A DNA stretch of 64,000 nucleotides from positions 434,001 to 498,000 of the forward strand of contig JAPEUD010000010.1 of the NCBI GenBank assembly GCA_026026165.1, in the 5' to 3' direction. The translations under genes and the position numbers were made by a program. The notes beneath the pieces are model-generated. The model was not told where the DNA came from. It ran no database searches and worked only from the letters and a program-made list of their open reading frames with translations. Numbering within the stretch: position 1 is the stretch's first letter; every line of letters begins with the position of its first letter. This DNA comes from Sarea resinae. Taxonomy: Eukaryota. Of the stretch, positions 12,698 through 25,600 are shown piece by piece.

Positions 12698-13839
12698 TCA
12701 TAATGTCTCATACAGTAAGAGCGGCTCACCGACGTTCTGGATCTCAGGGATGGTGCATTTGAGGTCGAATGCTTTGGAGAGAACAATCTTGAAAATCTTC
12801 AAAAGCCATCAGCCTCGGGTAGGAGGAAAGAATGAATGGAAGCCCACCTTCTGGACATTGATACTGTGGCTCGTGCTGCTGAAAATCAAGCTGGCCTTCA
12901 TCGCTTTAGCGAATCGCCGAGCCTATCGTACATTATTAGCTACATTAGCCGAAACCAAAAGGATTGTGTGTCTGACTTGATTTGAGATTTCTTCTTGATC
13001 CTCCCGTGGGAAGTTGACGAAGTGATCGTATTTAGTGCCGACTAGGAAGGGAATCGCTGTCTTGTTGAACCCTCTACCTTGTCGATACCATTCTTTTATC
13101 GAATTAAGCGTGCTCTTTCGAGTGAGATCGAACATGAAGAGGATAGCCACAGCATCGTTGCAAACGAGAGGCAGCATGTTCACGAATTCGCGTTGCCCGC
13201 CGAGATCCCAGATAGAAAAGGTAATCTCTGTGTTTCGAATAGAGATGGTCTTCTCCATGAAGTTGACACCTTTGGAATGTTAAAATACCGCAAAATAATG
13301 GTTTCCCGACACTTCGTACCTAGTGTCTGAATGTAGTCTTCATCCCAGCTTCCCTCGACGTACTTGACCATCAGGCTGGTCTTCCCAATTTGCGCATCCC
13401 CAACCATGCCAACTTTTATTACCACACTGTTCTTGTTGCCAACTGCTTGCGACGGCGCTGATCTCTGATTCTGCTCCTGATACGCCCGACTTTCTCCTTG
13501 TGAATGCGTGTACACGTCGGACCCCGATAGACCAGAAGCCGGCCGTGACGTTGATGAGACTGGACGCTGTTGATACGCCATGGTCGGCGAAGGGTATCGA
13601 ACCGGAGGGTCTGCTTCGAGTGGAGGGGAGAAACTGTGTTGAGCATGAGGGTAGTCGGCCGAGAGGGAACTTTGGTGATGCAATGGTGGATGGCCGTTAC
13701 TGTAGCCGTGGTCAAACGCACTTTGATGTGGCTGATGTAGGTTTTCGTCACTTCCAATCATTTCTTGGTCTTGCTGGGGTGATAGATAGCCCTGCTCGTG
13801 AGGAGATGCCCCAGGGTCTTGAGGAGACTGCATCTCCAT
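12698..13839 (-). CDS. spg1: Septation/mitotic-exit GTPase Spg1/Tem1; exons 13839-13320, 13269-12977, 12922-12848, 12796-12698
   Basis: [73 protein letters not shown]; three introns restore the frame. Confidence 0.96.
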
Positions 13840-14280
13840 GTTGGTAACACACGCGGGTCGACAGTCAAGCCCAGAACCAAGATGAGCACAGGGCGGAATG
13901 GCTGTCAGAAAGTCGAATGCGGTTAGCGGAGATTGCCGCGGCTTTAGAGTCTCGGGGACTCGAGGGTGAGCTGCAGCTGAGAGGATCGTGGGGCTGATGG
14001 CGTTTCGGCAGATTCAGCTTCGTCGGCTGGTTTAATTTGCGAGTTTCTGACTTTGTTGACGAGATGACGAGATGACGAGATGACCAGCCAGAGTGGCTTT
14101 GTTTTCTGTCGATTGATACCTTACCCACTGAACCTCCGTGAACTATGGAGTATTGAACTTGGTTAGGCGCGCGGCGGTTCAGCCTTAGACGAGACAGGGA
14201 GCACGGATCCGAGCGAGTACTCTAGTCTCAGAGTGCGCGAAGACTGATCTCGCTGCAGAAATGGAGGTGGCCAGGTGCAA

Positions 14281-14550
14281 ACGCGTCGATGTCAATCAGC
14301 CTTCAAAACACTCCTTGTGACAGGCGATGAGGAAGCGGACTGCTAGTGAGTAAATTGTGGAATTCACTTGTTGTTGTCATATTTGTGCCTTGTTGCTGTT
14401 GTGTATCTTCACTTCCTGTTTGGGAATGACTGAGCCGAGCCGGGTAACCACGCGTGATTATGCATTTGGTCTTTTTGGGCAGCCATCTGGATAGTGAATC
14501 AGTCTAGCCTATCGTGGATGGCGCACCTTCAAAAAAGTTGAAGCGCGAAA
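14281..14550. promoter_or_regulatory. Divergent spg1/RRB1 promoter with PAC, Reb1-like, MCB and SCB-like motifs
   Basis: ACGCGT 14281-14286 and 14450-14455; GCGATGAG 14324-14331; CCGGGTAA 14440-14447; CGCGAAA 14544-14550. Function is inferred from yeast consensus sites. Confidence 0.5.
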
Positions 14551-14682
14551 TCACAAAGTGCGGGCTCGATTCGATAGAGACAAATCCACAATAATTGCCT
14601 ACGACCTAGCATCTTTCTTCCTGCCCTCTTTCCTTTCTATTCCTAACCTGCAGGTTGCAGTCGAGCTAGGAGCATTTACAAA

Positions 14683-16318
14683 ATGTCGAAGAGAGGCGCG
14701 GAGCCTGGTGACAAGGAGCTTGATGCTCTTAAGGGCGGGCAACGGCCGGAAGAGATCGAAGCAGACAATGGCGCGGGCGAGTTCGAAGATGAATACGAGG
14801 ATGAGTTCGAGAGCGAGGATGAAATTTTAGAAGCCGGCGTTGACGGCAGACCGGACGAGGAGCGAGAGGCAGAAGAGCAAAAAGGTATATCCCACTCTCG
14901 TCGCATCAATTCAGGACACGAGCAATTTCAATCAGAGATGGAATGGGACGATAGGTGCAAAGCGATATCCGCTAATTAGATCCATTAGATGCGATGGAAG
15001 TTGATGAGCAGATCTTTATTCCGGGACGTCATAAGCTTGAAGCGGGGGAGACACTGGCTCCAGATCCTTCAACCTACGTAATGCTACACAACCTCACCAC
15101 CTCATGGCCATGTTTGTCCTTTGACATCCTACGGGACGGCCTGGGAGATCATAGGACTTCTTTTCCAGCAACCATATACGCTGTTTCCGGTACGCAAGCT
15201 GAGGCGGGACAAGAGAAGGAGAATGAATTGATGGTCATGAAGCTTAGTGGCCTGAGTCGCATGGAGCGGGCAAAAGATGAAGAGTCCGACGATGAGGACG
15301 ACGAAGAGGAGGAGGCCGACCCGATACTAGAGTCCAAATCAATTCCTTTGTCTTCAACGACCAACCGAATACGCGCCCATCAATCACCCCAGACCGATTC
15401 TTCTAGGCCCGCAACAACTCTTACAGCAACCATGACCGAGTCTGGTCAAGTCCTAATTCACGATATCACACCTCATCTCGCGTCCTTTGACACCCCTGGA
15501 GCGGTCATAACGCCCCAGCAATCAAAGCCTCTGTCTACCCTCCGCATGCACAAGTCCACAGAAGGATATGCCGTGGATTGGTCTCCCTTGATCCCCCAGG
15601 GGAAGCTTCTCACAGGTGATAATGACGGTAACATTTTCGTCACAACACGAACAGATGGAGGAGGGTGGGCTACGGATTCGCGGCCTTTCACCGGCCATGA
15701 GAATAGCGTGGAAGAGATCCAGTGGTCGCCAACCGAGCGTAACGTTTTTAGCTCGGCCAGCAGTGACGGCACGGTCAAAGTTTGGGATCTCCGGTCCAAG
15801 TCGCACAAGCCTGCCCTCAGCGTCAAAATCAGTGATACTGATGTCAACGTCATGTCTTGGTCGCATCTAACGTCTCACTTACTCGCAACTGGCGCCGATG
15901 ACGGGCAGTGGGGAGTCTGGGATCTGCGCCAGTGGAAACCAGCTGCCAACGGAGCCTCCAGCTCTCCAAAACCAGTGGCTTCTTTTGATTTCCACAAGGA
16001 GCAGATCACAAGTATCGAATGGCACCCGACGGATGACAGCATTGTGGCGGTGGCCGCGGGAGACAACACCCTCACATTATGGGATCTCGCCGTGGAGTTG
16101 GATGATGAAGAGTCTCGTGACACGGCTGGAGTGCAGGGTGTACCTCCACAACTGCTGTTTGTTCATTACATGGAGATGGTCAAAGAGTGCCATTGGCATC
16201 CACAAATTCCTGGCTGCATCATGGGTACTGGCGAGGCGGGGTTTGGGTATGTCTCATGTTCCTCTAGATCGATTCCAATGCTGACCACTGCAGTGTCTTC
16301 AAAACTATTAGCGTTTAA
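14683..16318 (+). CDS. RRB1: Ribosome assembly WD40 protein Rrb1/GRWD1; exons 14683-14884, 14989-16246, 16294-16318
   Basis: Acidic N-terminus, WPCLSFD, EGYAVDWS, SVEEIQWSPTE, DVNVMSW, PPQLLFVH, HWHPQIPG; the last intron gives the FGVFKTISV* end. Confidence 0.96.
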
Positions 16319-17331
16319 GGTAGCGATGCATATGACGTTTGCAACGATAAAACCTCCGTCAAAATGGAACTGAGTAGATACGACTGTGATTAGAGAATAG
16401 ACGGCTGTTTTGGATGCGCCGGCATTATAAATATCAAGTGCGAATAATGGTGACCGACATCGAGCCCGCTGATGACTGATCTAGCACATAGCAACAGCAT
16501 CAGCTCATGCTCGGAGGCAGATGCCATATAACACATAACACCAAACAGCCAGCCAGCAGAATACCAAAGCTCCCGCGCAAGTCCTCGATGCTTCTTTTCC
16601 CGATCCGGTCTCTGACAGCAGAGATGCAGTGATGCAAGTCCAACGGGAGACGCATTTGAAGTATCGACTTACTTGAGCAATGAAGCATGGATCCATGGAT
16701 GCATTACAAGTACCTACGTCTGAAGACTGTGCCGCGCCAAGCGCAATTGGCAGCCCATGCACGCCCTGTTCTCATGTTAATTGTGCAACAGCACAGAAGG
16801 CAGGCGTCTAAAAGCTCGCCGTGCCCCATCAATGCAAAGGAATGTATTGCAAATTGCAGCATGGTCATTGCCCTTAACCCGTATCAAACATGGACTGAAT
16901 CCAACAATCAATTCCAACATGCTATCGGCGCCTTCATCCATGGGCTCGATCCGTTGCTTACTCGACCACACATTGCCGCGCCATATTCCGCTCAAGTCCT
17001 CAACGATCCCCTCAATCCCTTAAAGCTTGTTCACCTGAGCAATACAGACTGAGCATGATGACAAGCATCCATTCACCCTCTCAAACAAAGCATTGCAACC
17101 TCGACAAGTCTTGCATATTTCCCATTCGTTTTCTTCCAGAGTTAGGCGCAGAAATACTGGTATAGCATAATCTTGGTTTGCGTTGCTCCATTCACGTCTC
17201 GACGGTAGAGCAGTCTCGCCCCGAGGCACTCACCTTTTTTTCCCCCCAGCACATATTCACCCTTTTCAGCCCTCGTCATGAAGCTCGCATACCAGCGCAC
17301 AGGCGTAGGGATGGGGCTATTTCATTCTTCA

Positions 17332-17335
<4 letters not shown>

Positions 17336-17362
<27 letters not shown>
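17336..17362 (+). repeat. G27 homopolymer (G-quadruplex-capable)
   Basis: Read directly; the length may be an assembly artefact. Confidence 0.9.
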
Positions 17363-17689
17363 ACGAGGGGTTGAAGCGGGGCTCTCTCGTTCTCTCTCTC
17401 TGTTGTCATTCAAGATCTGCTTCAATATCCAGCTCACTCAGCATTCTACGATTCAATCATACTGACCGTCGGCATTCTGTTTTGACTTCATCAGCTCTGG
17501 CCTGCGACATTTCAAGCTGCCATTCATTTGCAAAGTCTTGTATCATGTATGCAGTTTGCTCTAGAGAAAGGAGGCCTTTATCCTGGAGATATGGACAAAG
17601 GCACATTTCTGCTGCACCTAAAGCTAGATGTCAACTTTATCACGGCCGGCAAAGCTTACAATCAGTGACTTAGCGTGGAGGCAGCAAGA

Positions 17690-18589
17690 ATGGGCCAACT
17701 AATCTACAGATCTCCCTCGCCCAAACGTCCCTCGCCATCTCCGTCGTCCCCAGCAGCATCCTCGGCAGCACCCTCAACTCCCTACGAGCGCACTCCTACC
17801 CCTTCTCCTTCTCCTACAGCCCACTTAGGAGATCTGGTTGAATCTCAAACGGCCAGCAGAACCTCTCCCGCAAGCCCTCCAGCTACCCTTGGATCGCCGA
17901 CTACGAGCAACCGACCTCTCAGGCCTCTAACCACGGGCCTCCAGCCAGCATCCTTCAACGACCATCCTCTCCTCACACGCGGCGGGACCCTCTCCGCAAC
18001 CACCAGCGTCAACACAACCCCAGCTCAAGGCCAAATGGCGAGTGCCTTCTCCTCTCCCTTGTCCTCTCTCGGATCGACCCCATCGACGCCTCCACGCTTC
18101 AGTGCTCCGTCCTCTGGTCCCCGTTCTCCGATCCCCTCTACCAACGGGCCCCATGTCTTCCCTGAGTTTGAGCGTCACTATCCCGTCCAGGGCGTCCCAC
18201 GTCCGCTCGATCAACCTCTGCCCCTTGAAGCAGCTCGGCCCGATCATCAACCCCAAGACCACGCCCTTCAGCCGCGAATGCGTCTGCGCGGCGGTCATGG
18301 CGCCCTTCGAATCAGCCATGAAGACCGCGTTCCGGCTTGGTTGTGGTGGTTAGCTGGCGGCCGCGCCCGTCCGGCTCCCACGGGTGCGGAACTGCGGGCT
18401 GGACGTGCGGAGCGGAGAAGGAGGGACGAGGCGAGGAGGCTACGAAGACGACGGCATGAGGTGGATGAAGATGAGGATGAGGGAGATGACGAGGGCGAGG
18501 AAGATGGGGTCGGGCCAAGAGCAAGGTGGGCGACTCTCTTTCCGCGGCAGAGGAGGAGGAATGGGAGAAGGGCGTGGCGGTGCTGGTGA
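17690..18589 (+). CDS. Hypothetical Pro/Ser/Thr-rich disordered protein with RLRGG and WLWWLAGG motifs and a charged C-terminus
   Basis: About 300 open codons with protein-like segmentation (P/S/T-rich, motif block, Arg-rich, acidic). The start is uncertain: CTAAT..CTACAG at 17699-17709 could be an intron acceptor. Confidence 0.6.
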   Translation: MGQLIYRSPSPKRPSPSPSSPAASSAAPSTPYERTPTPSPSPTAHLGDLVESQTASRTSPASPPATLGSPTTSNRPLRPLTTGLQPASFNDHPLLTRGGTLSATTSVNTTPAQGQMASAFSSPLSSLGSTPSTPPRFSAPSSGPRSPIPSTNGPHVFPEFERHYPVQGVPRPLDQPLPLEAARPDHQPQDHALQPRMRLRGGHGALRISHEDRVPAWLWWLAGGRARPAPTGAELRAGRAERRRRDEARRLRRRRHEVDEDEDEGDDEGEEDGVGPRARWATLFPRQRRRNGRRAWRCW

Positions 18590-21500
18590 TGGATGGTATT
18601 GCTCTTGTCCTTGGTTTTTGTTCTGCTTTTCAGTCAGCCACCGAAGGCGTTGGGTATCCCGTAGATGGGGTGGTATGGGCGGTGTGTCTTCCAACATCCT
18701 CGGCGTTCGGACCTGCGCTTTTGCGTTCTCGTCATCTGTGTGCTGCAGGATCGCTAGTCTGCCATCTTTTCGCCGCTCTTCTCAGGCCGGCGCGCCGCGA
18801 CAACAATGCCGACGATGACTTGTTTTCCAAGTCGAGATCCTTTTCATGCGAGTCACTTTAGCTAGCATCAGACTGCATCATTCATACACCCATTGAACGA
18901 TGCACTCACTCATGGGAGCTTGTTGCCACCGTATGCTCTCAATGAAGCTTCCCTCTCTACCTCACTCACTACTCCTTCTTGCTCCCGAGAATCCATTTCT
19001 CCCATACGAACCTTCTGAACCGGCGGACTAAGCGCGATGCCAAAGCCACCTGCTTTCATCCCCACGAGCAGGCCAAAGTAGCTCACAGATCCGGTAAAGC
19101 CTCTCTGATATCGCTACCCCGCGCTGTAGCAAACAAGAAAAAGAGACCTGAACGAGCCCCCGGCCACGAACGAAGTGCGTATTACGAGAAAAACCGGAAA
19201 CGCCGTCCCTTATCGCGTTTCGACCCAGAACAAACCCCCAAATCCATCGACACTTAACAGCCAGGGGTCTCGCAACCCCAGCACCATGGACGTTATGTTC
19301 GTTACTCGCTCTCCGACTTCTAGCACGTCTGACAGCGCCGAAGATCAGAGAAGCCGATGGATGAACTGATGAGCCGATGAGCTGATGATGAGAAGCAAGA
19401 TCGCCCCGTGTGTGGCAGCGGCTGTGCTAGATGACATATTCACCTCGTCGCTGTCAAGGCCCGTTCTAGTACCGGAAAGGGGACAGGGAGAAGCAGACGG
19501 AAGACGACGTCGACGTAGTATAGCACCGCCCAGACCAGATCAAATCAGGCCAGACGAGAGCAGGCTGCATCATGCACTCCAGGACCGCCCCTCGCAATGT
19601 CTGGAAAGTTTGGTAGAAGATCTGGCGGTCATGGGACGACGGCGCCGCCGCCGCAAGCACAAGCACAAGCAAAAGGAAAAGCACGCACGAGTCATCAGAG
19701 TCACCGATAAGCCTTGCCAGTGGAAAATTGACCGGCTGACCGAAAAGCCAATGCAAACCCGGAGGGTCTGTCAGATACCGCTGAGACCCCGAAGGCTCCT
19801 ATAGCTCTGTCTCAGGCCATATTCATCTCTTCGGGAAACTTTCTCCCTCACGAGCTCCGTTCTCACGTCGACGGGCTTTTTGCGGTACCAAAATGGCTTG
19901 ATTCGCACATCGACCCACCCAACGGTCAAACCCGTTCCAACCGACGACCAGCCAACAGCTGTACACAGATCTTGAAATCAGATCCAAGCGTTTTTCGGGA
20001 AGAAAGAAACAGTGTCCGCACCGCGGCAGGATCCATATGGAGGAATATACCAAAGAGAGAGCAAAAAGGCGTCTACAAGAAACCTGCGCCAATAGAGAGC
20101 TCATTTCGCACACCTCATCATGAATCGCCTCTTAATGAGCGTGGCATCAGGCGCTCCAGACACCAAACAATGGGTCAAGCACGGCTGGCGTAACTCCATG
20201 ACCACATCACAGCTGGCCACGGCCATGGGTCCGGATTGTAATGGGCGGATCCGCGGATCAGTAGGTGTCCACGCCGCAGAGGGTAGGATGGGACAGCCAG
20301 CCAGTGACGGGCAAACCATCGCGAGTCTTCAGAGGTCGTATAGGTCCCTGGAGGGCAGCATATACGGTATAGATATATCTGTAATCGTCTGAAGTAATAT
20401 AGAGGCTGTTTTGAGATGAAATGATATTGTAATACTGTAGAAATGATTGAGCCCCTACTCGAGGGCTCTATCGAAGTTAGTATTTCTGAACCAGAACATG
20501 TCTTGGGCTTTCGGATGTGGGAATGGTCGATCTTTATGCTCAATCTCCTCTGCTTATGCTCGGGTGAGGAATGACTGTTGCCACATATTTGTCGTGCTTG
20601 CTCTGTCCACCTGACTGGCCAATTGAGGAATCGACAGCCTCCCAAGGCTTCAGCAGCCATAGATCGGATTAGCCACCTCAATCCTCCGCATAGGCCCCTG
20701 TAGCTTGTTTCTACTTTGAGCATTGCGTCCAAGAAAAAAGACGGCAAAATCCGATTGGTATGATAAGTGTGTTAGACACGGGCATCAAGGCTTAAGAGTC
20801 ATGGGTAAGATAGCAAACAATCCAGGAATCCAGCGACCAGACCAGTAAATAGGGGAGAAAAACAAACGATGACAGGTATGACAAGTTTGAGGTTTGTATA
20901 TATGACTTGTATATAGTTGCCAATTCAGAAGAGGTAGATTGTGTCGTAGATTAGATCAACGATAAGCAAACGAAAGCCAACTTCGTGCTGGATGGACGGT
21001 TACGTCATATCAGCGTCCACACAGCCATGAGAATCAAACGACGCAGAAAGGATTAACAGAAGCACGCAGAGAGCTTTGGCCTCCTAGTAAAATAATGCCG
21101 ATTTGGTGTGTGGTATCAGAATATAGCTGGAGTCAGAACTTCTTCTTCAGCTCCGTTTATCAGGACTAAATTCTCTTCACTGGGCTAAGAAAGATCCTGG
21201 TGGTAACATCACAAACGAAAGGAGGCAGCTGGGTCCTTTCACGAGAAGCAATCCACGACCGCGTGCTTCGTCGAGATGGTGTGAGCGTTTCTCATCTCGC
21301 TGTCCTCGGATCACTCTCCTGGAGACAGATAGACATGGGCAGAGCTAGCAAGAACAAACGGTCTCTGTAGCAGTCATACACGAGATGCGTCGTCATCGGC
21401 GGTATCATTGAATCCACCATCATCGTCGTCATTCTCTCAAGGTGCAAGAAGTGCAGAACTCAACCAGAGATGATTCAGATTTCCTATCTAGGTAAGTGGG

Positions 21501-22611
21501 GTGATATTATTCACGATATGATAAGGTACCTTTACCTAAAGTAAATGCAGTCGCCAGAGCGGTAGTTCGATACATAGGCTCGCCGTACTTTAGACCGGAA
21601 GTCAGAGTCGGTGGTATCCATAGAGCCCACTCGAGCTCTCGAATGTCTTGGTCCGACAGAACGCTAATGCGGCGCGAAGTGGGATGTTTGGTGTCCTGTC
21701 TGGCTGGACCGGGCTGGCATTTCTGGTGGGTAAGGGAGATTACTACGTAGTACTCCTAGGTGCTCTTGCATGGGGGAAGCTGTAGGTGATTGGGCGGTGA
21801 GTCTGGTGGGTTCGTCATTGCGCAGTGGGCCACCGCGCGAGGCGAGGCGCGGATAGGCAGGAAAAGAGTAGGTGATGGACTGATTCGCTCAATACATAGT
21901 AGAATGATTCACTGATTGATAGACCTGACACCGGATTTGGGTCATGAGTGACTTTCCATCATCGTCATGTTTTGGATGACGCTTTTGGCAGAAGAAGACA
22001 GACAGAGCAAGCTAGCCTTCACTTCACGGGAGCATCTCCACTAATGAGACGTTGATGGCCGAGGACACCGAAGAGTTAGGTAAGCAAGGTAGTCGGCGAT
22101 ACAACGGGACAGCATCAGCTCTGCAGAGTTGCTGCAAGATGCAGCCATTGTACTTCATGAAACGTGCCGAATTATGCCATGTCGATCGGCTCCATTGTCC
22201 TGAGAGTGGCAACGCAAAACGTGCGTGTGTTGCAGCAATTCCGAGAAGAAGAGCATCGCTATTGCCGCTCTGTGCAGGCCGTTTTAGTCTCCGAATCAGC
22301 AACTGGCTGACTGACTGGGAGAACTCTAAGGAGAACAGCTGGGACAGGGCGGGCATTCAGGAATAGGTAGCCATCGCTTCGATAAGATAGCGCCGCGTTA
22401 TGCGCAACGAAACAAACGAGACCACTCTCGGCCCCCAGATGGTCGAATGATCAGCAATGCCATATTGGGCTTGCGTCGTGACTAGCTGGCCCACGCTGCT
22501 CGAGATGCAGCATGACATTCGCTGCACTTTTGCTACGGAACAGTGAACGGGCAGTCAAGCTAGGATCTCAGACTTGTGAAATGGATGCAATCGGCATAAG
22601 TGGGTGATTCC

Positions 22612-22650
22612 ATGGATTCAATTCAATGGATTCAATTCAATGGATTCAAT
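22612..22650. repeat. Tandem 14-mer ATGGATTCAATTCA, about 2.8 copies
   Basis: Read directly. Confidence 0.9.
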
Positions 22651-25600
22651 GCAAACAAATGTAGTCCGTCAAGGTGGATTTCATACATGCATCGGCATTG
22701 CCTCCTTAGGCATACTGCCTTAGCTCCGGCCGGATAAACCATGGACAAGGCCAGGTCCATCATGGATCCATGCATGATCTGCCAGTGGAGCCTTCGGATT
22801 TGTTTGCCAGAACATACTGCGTAGGGTACGGTACGGTACGGGATGCTTTGGCGGGAGCATGGAGGCTATCGTATGATAGATATGATAGCGATGATGATGC
22901 TGCGGATCTCCATGCTCGCTTTCAAATCTTACTAATGTCCCCCTAGCTCCGCTTGGGAAGATGGATGCTCCACAGCAGGGACGAGACGACGTTAGGTGCC
23001 GCTGGAGCGGCGGCATCTGCCTTCTGTCGCGGAGATCTCGGCGCCACTAGGTTTCGGTGGGAGGTCTACGGGGGACGGCGCACGGAGTACTGCGCAGTAT
23101 CATTGGAGGTACGGATACGATACCTCGTACTAGTAGCAAGTAACCCCGTCCACTCCGTACGCCATATGCCTCCGTCGATGAATGGGGGGGGGGACCTCTC
23201 TGTGTGTATGTGTGTGCGTATGTGTGTGCAGCTCGAAAAGGGTCCTCCATGCAGGGTGTCACGTCCCAAGACGTCCATCAGTCAGTCCAGTGCCATGACT
23301 ATCACCCTTACCTCTACATTAGCCGGGTGCAAGCTGTGAGATGATAGGAGCGTCGAGCTCGCGAGGAACCCGAGATATGCAGCCAGTGCGTTAGAAGACG
23401 GGTTTGTCTGCTTCTCACTGGGAACTGATAGCCAGACGATGATGGTTGCCGACAGCGTCGACAGCATACGAGTCCTGAGGCAGGTAGGGCAAGCCATCCA
23501 GTATCGGGGTACGGCCCCGCGGAAACTCCCAAGGGTACGAAGTACTTGGGACACAGGAACTCTGTACGTCTGCTCAGGTCCATATGGAATATTGGAAGTA
23601 CTCCGGAGTAGGAGGCTACAGGATCAATCTTCACCAGGGTCTGTCTGATCATCACTTCACATCACGTAGGAGCTGGAGGCCAAAGCCTCTGCCCGAAAGG
23701 CCAGACTGCATACTACGTAGTATGCCAATGCATGGCATTGATTAGAATTGCCACCCGGAAGCTTTTCACATAAGGCAGGGTGACTAGCATTCTTGTTCGA
23801 AGGTTAGCAGAGAACAGAACTTCCGAGCCGCAAGTGACATGATGTTCGGCTGTTGACCATGATTGGTGGCATAAAGAGGCCGTCATCGGCGTGTTGGTCG
23901 AGACCACCTACGCCGACAATAGCGAGCCACTCTAGCTACATGGTACCGTAGCTCGCAGAGCGCGTCTATATCCAGACTTGATTGCAATTTTTGGTAGAAA
24001 TCGGTATTCTTTGAACTTTGGGAACGCGGCATCGGAAAAGGGGCAAAGTTCATCGCTTATAGTCGATGATTTGCATTTCAATACCCGATCCGACCATCTC
24101 ACCCGACGCCATCTTCGCGGTCTGTCCTCTCGAATAGCCATCAAAGCGAGAGATCGGATTTATGAAGGTGAATGCTGTGCGGTACTTCACCAAGGTACTG
24201 AAGTAGCGCCTGTACTTAGGGCGACACTGCGCCGAGAAAGCCAAGGACGGACGCCAAATCCTCGTGCCTTCGCTAATTGTCTGCATGAGTGATATGGGGC
24301 AAGGACAGGCCGGACCTGGTGGATCAACTAAGGCACGGAGGCCTTTGCGGTCATACGAACGTGCTGCACCCAGACGGTTAGCTGGGTTCAGGTATCACTG
24401 CGCCCCAACCCTGGGGTCATGTGTTTCTGAATAATAAGCATCTCGTTCGGCCTATCAGCTTCCGACTTAGTTTCATGGCCAGTAAACGGAACCTGCCGCC
24501 ACTATCATCAGCAGCATCATCGTCATCATCATCGTTGAAAAGAATCTGAACTTGTTGGACTCGGACTGGGAGCCATGACAACCCTTTCAGCTCTTGGAAC
24601 AGCTTTTAGATACCTAAGGTACGAAGTAGGGAGGTAGGATAGTAGAATAGTGAGTGGCGTGGCGGGGCGCAATTCTCGAAAGGTCTGCCCGCGTAAGTCC
24701 AGTATCCTAGCAAGGAATTACCTCCTTAATCATTGGATCGTGGCCAGGGCCGTGAGGACTGCGCGAGGGTCAGTCCGAGCTAGTGGTGGGCTGTAAGCGA
24801 GCCCAATCGACCGCCTTTGCGGACCTCGCACTTGGACAATCTCGTTGCGCGCATGACCCCGGATTTTGTCCAAAAGGGAATAGCTGGAATCTACGGCTGG
24901 GATCGTTACAAGGCGTCATGGCTGGTCTGGTTGGATGGGCGGAGCGTCTAGCGAGGGCCATCGCCTACCCACCAACGGGCGCCCCAGTCGGCGGGAGCGC
25001 TATGTCCGAAACTGATCCCGTCGAGCAGAGTGAGGTACTACGAGTATTCCTGTAGACTTCAAGAGGATCGGGCCTTTTGTGATGCTGAGATTCAGGTAGC
25101 ATGTAGATTTGGAGCCGTCAATCAATCGATTGGCTTGGATCTTTAGTACTGGGTTGCGTTTACAACAACTCACCATCTATCGATGAGTGAAAGATTGAAA
25201 GACAAGCTCATTACTAGGCCTCGCTCAACCGGTACCAAACCAGAATCCACATTCGAGAGCACGGCTACTGGCTGATTGAGCAGCTGGAGCTAGGTATCAG
25301 ACCTGCTGCACCAAAAGACGAGGCAGGTAAAGTGAGGTCGGTGTTAGACAGAGAAAAGCGCGCGCTACAACTGCCAGGTCCAGAAATGAATCGCTTATTC
25401 CCAACGACTGCCTTATTTCTTCTCACCCGCTTTCTCAATTGGATAGCTTGTGGGATGAGAGGCTAGAATTCTCCAATCGAACGACCCTCTACGGCCATGG
25501 GGTGGCAGATGAGTCTTGACAAAGCACAAAGAACCATACCTCGTGCGGCGTCGAACCCAGCCCTGGGAGGAAGAGAGACGGCGTGCGCGCTGGCCATGGG

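Noticed and set aside
17178..17673. ORFs with poly-Gly
   Set aside because: The Gly runs come from the G27 homopolymer; the rest is not protein-like.
19363..19400. CTGATGA motifs as a hammerhead ribozyme core
   Set aside because: No properly placed GAAA or flanking stems.
22612..22650. Short direct repeats as a CRISPR-like array
   Set aside because: No spacers, fewer than three full units, eukaryotic context.
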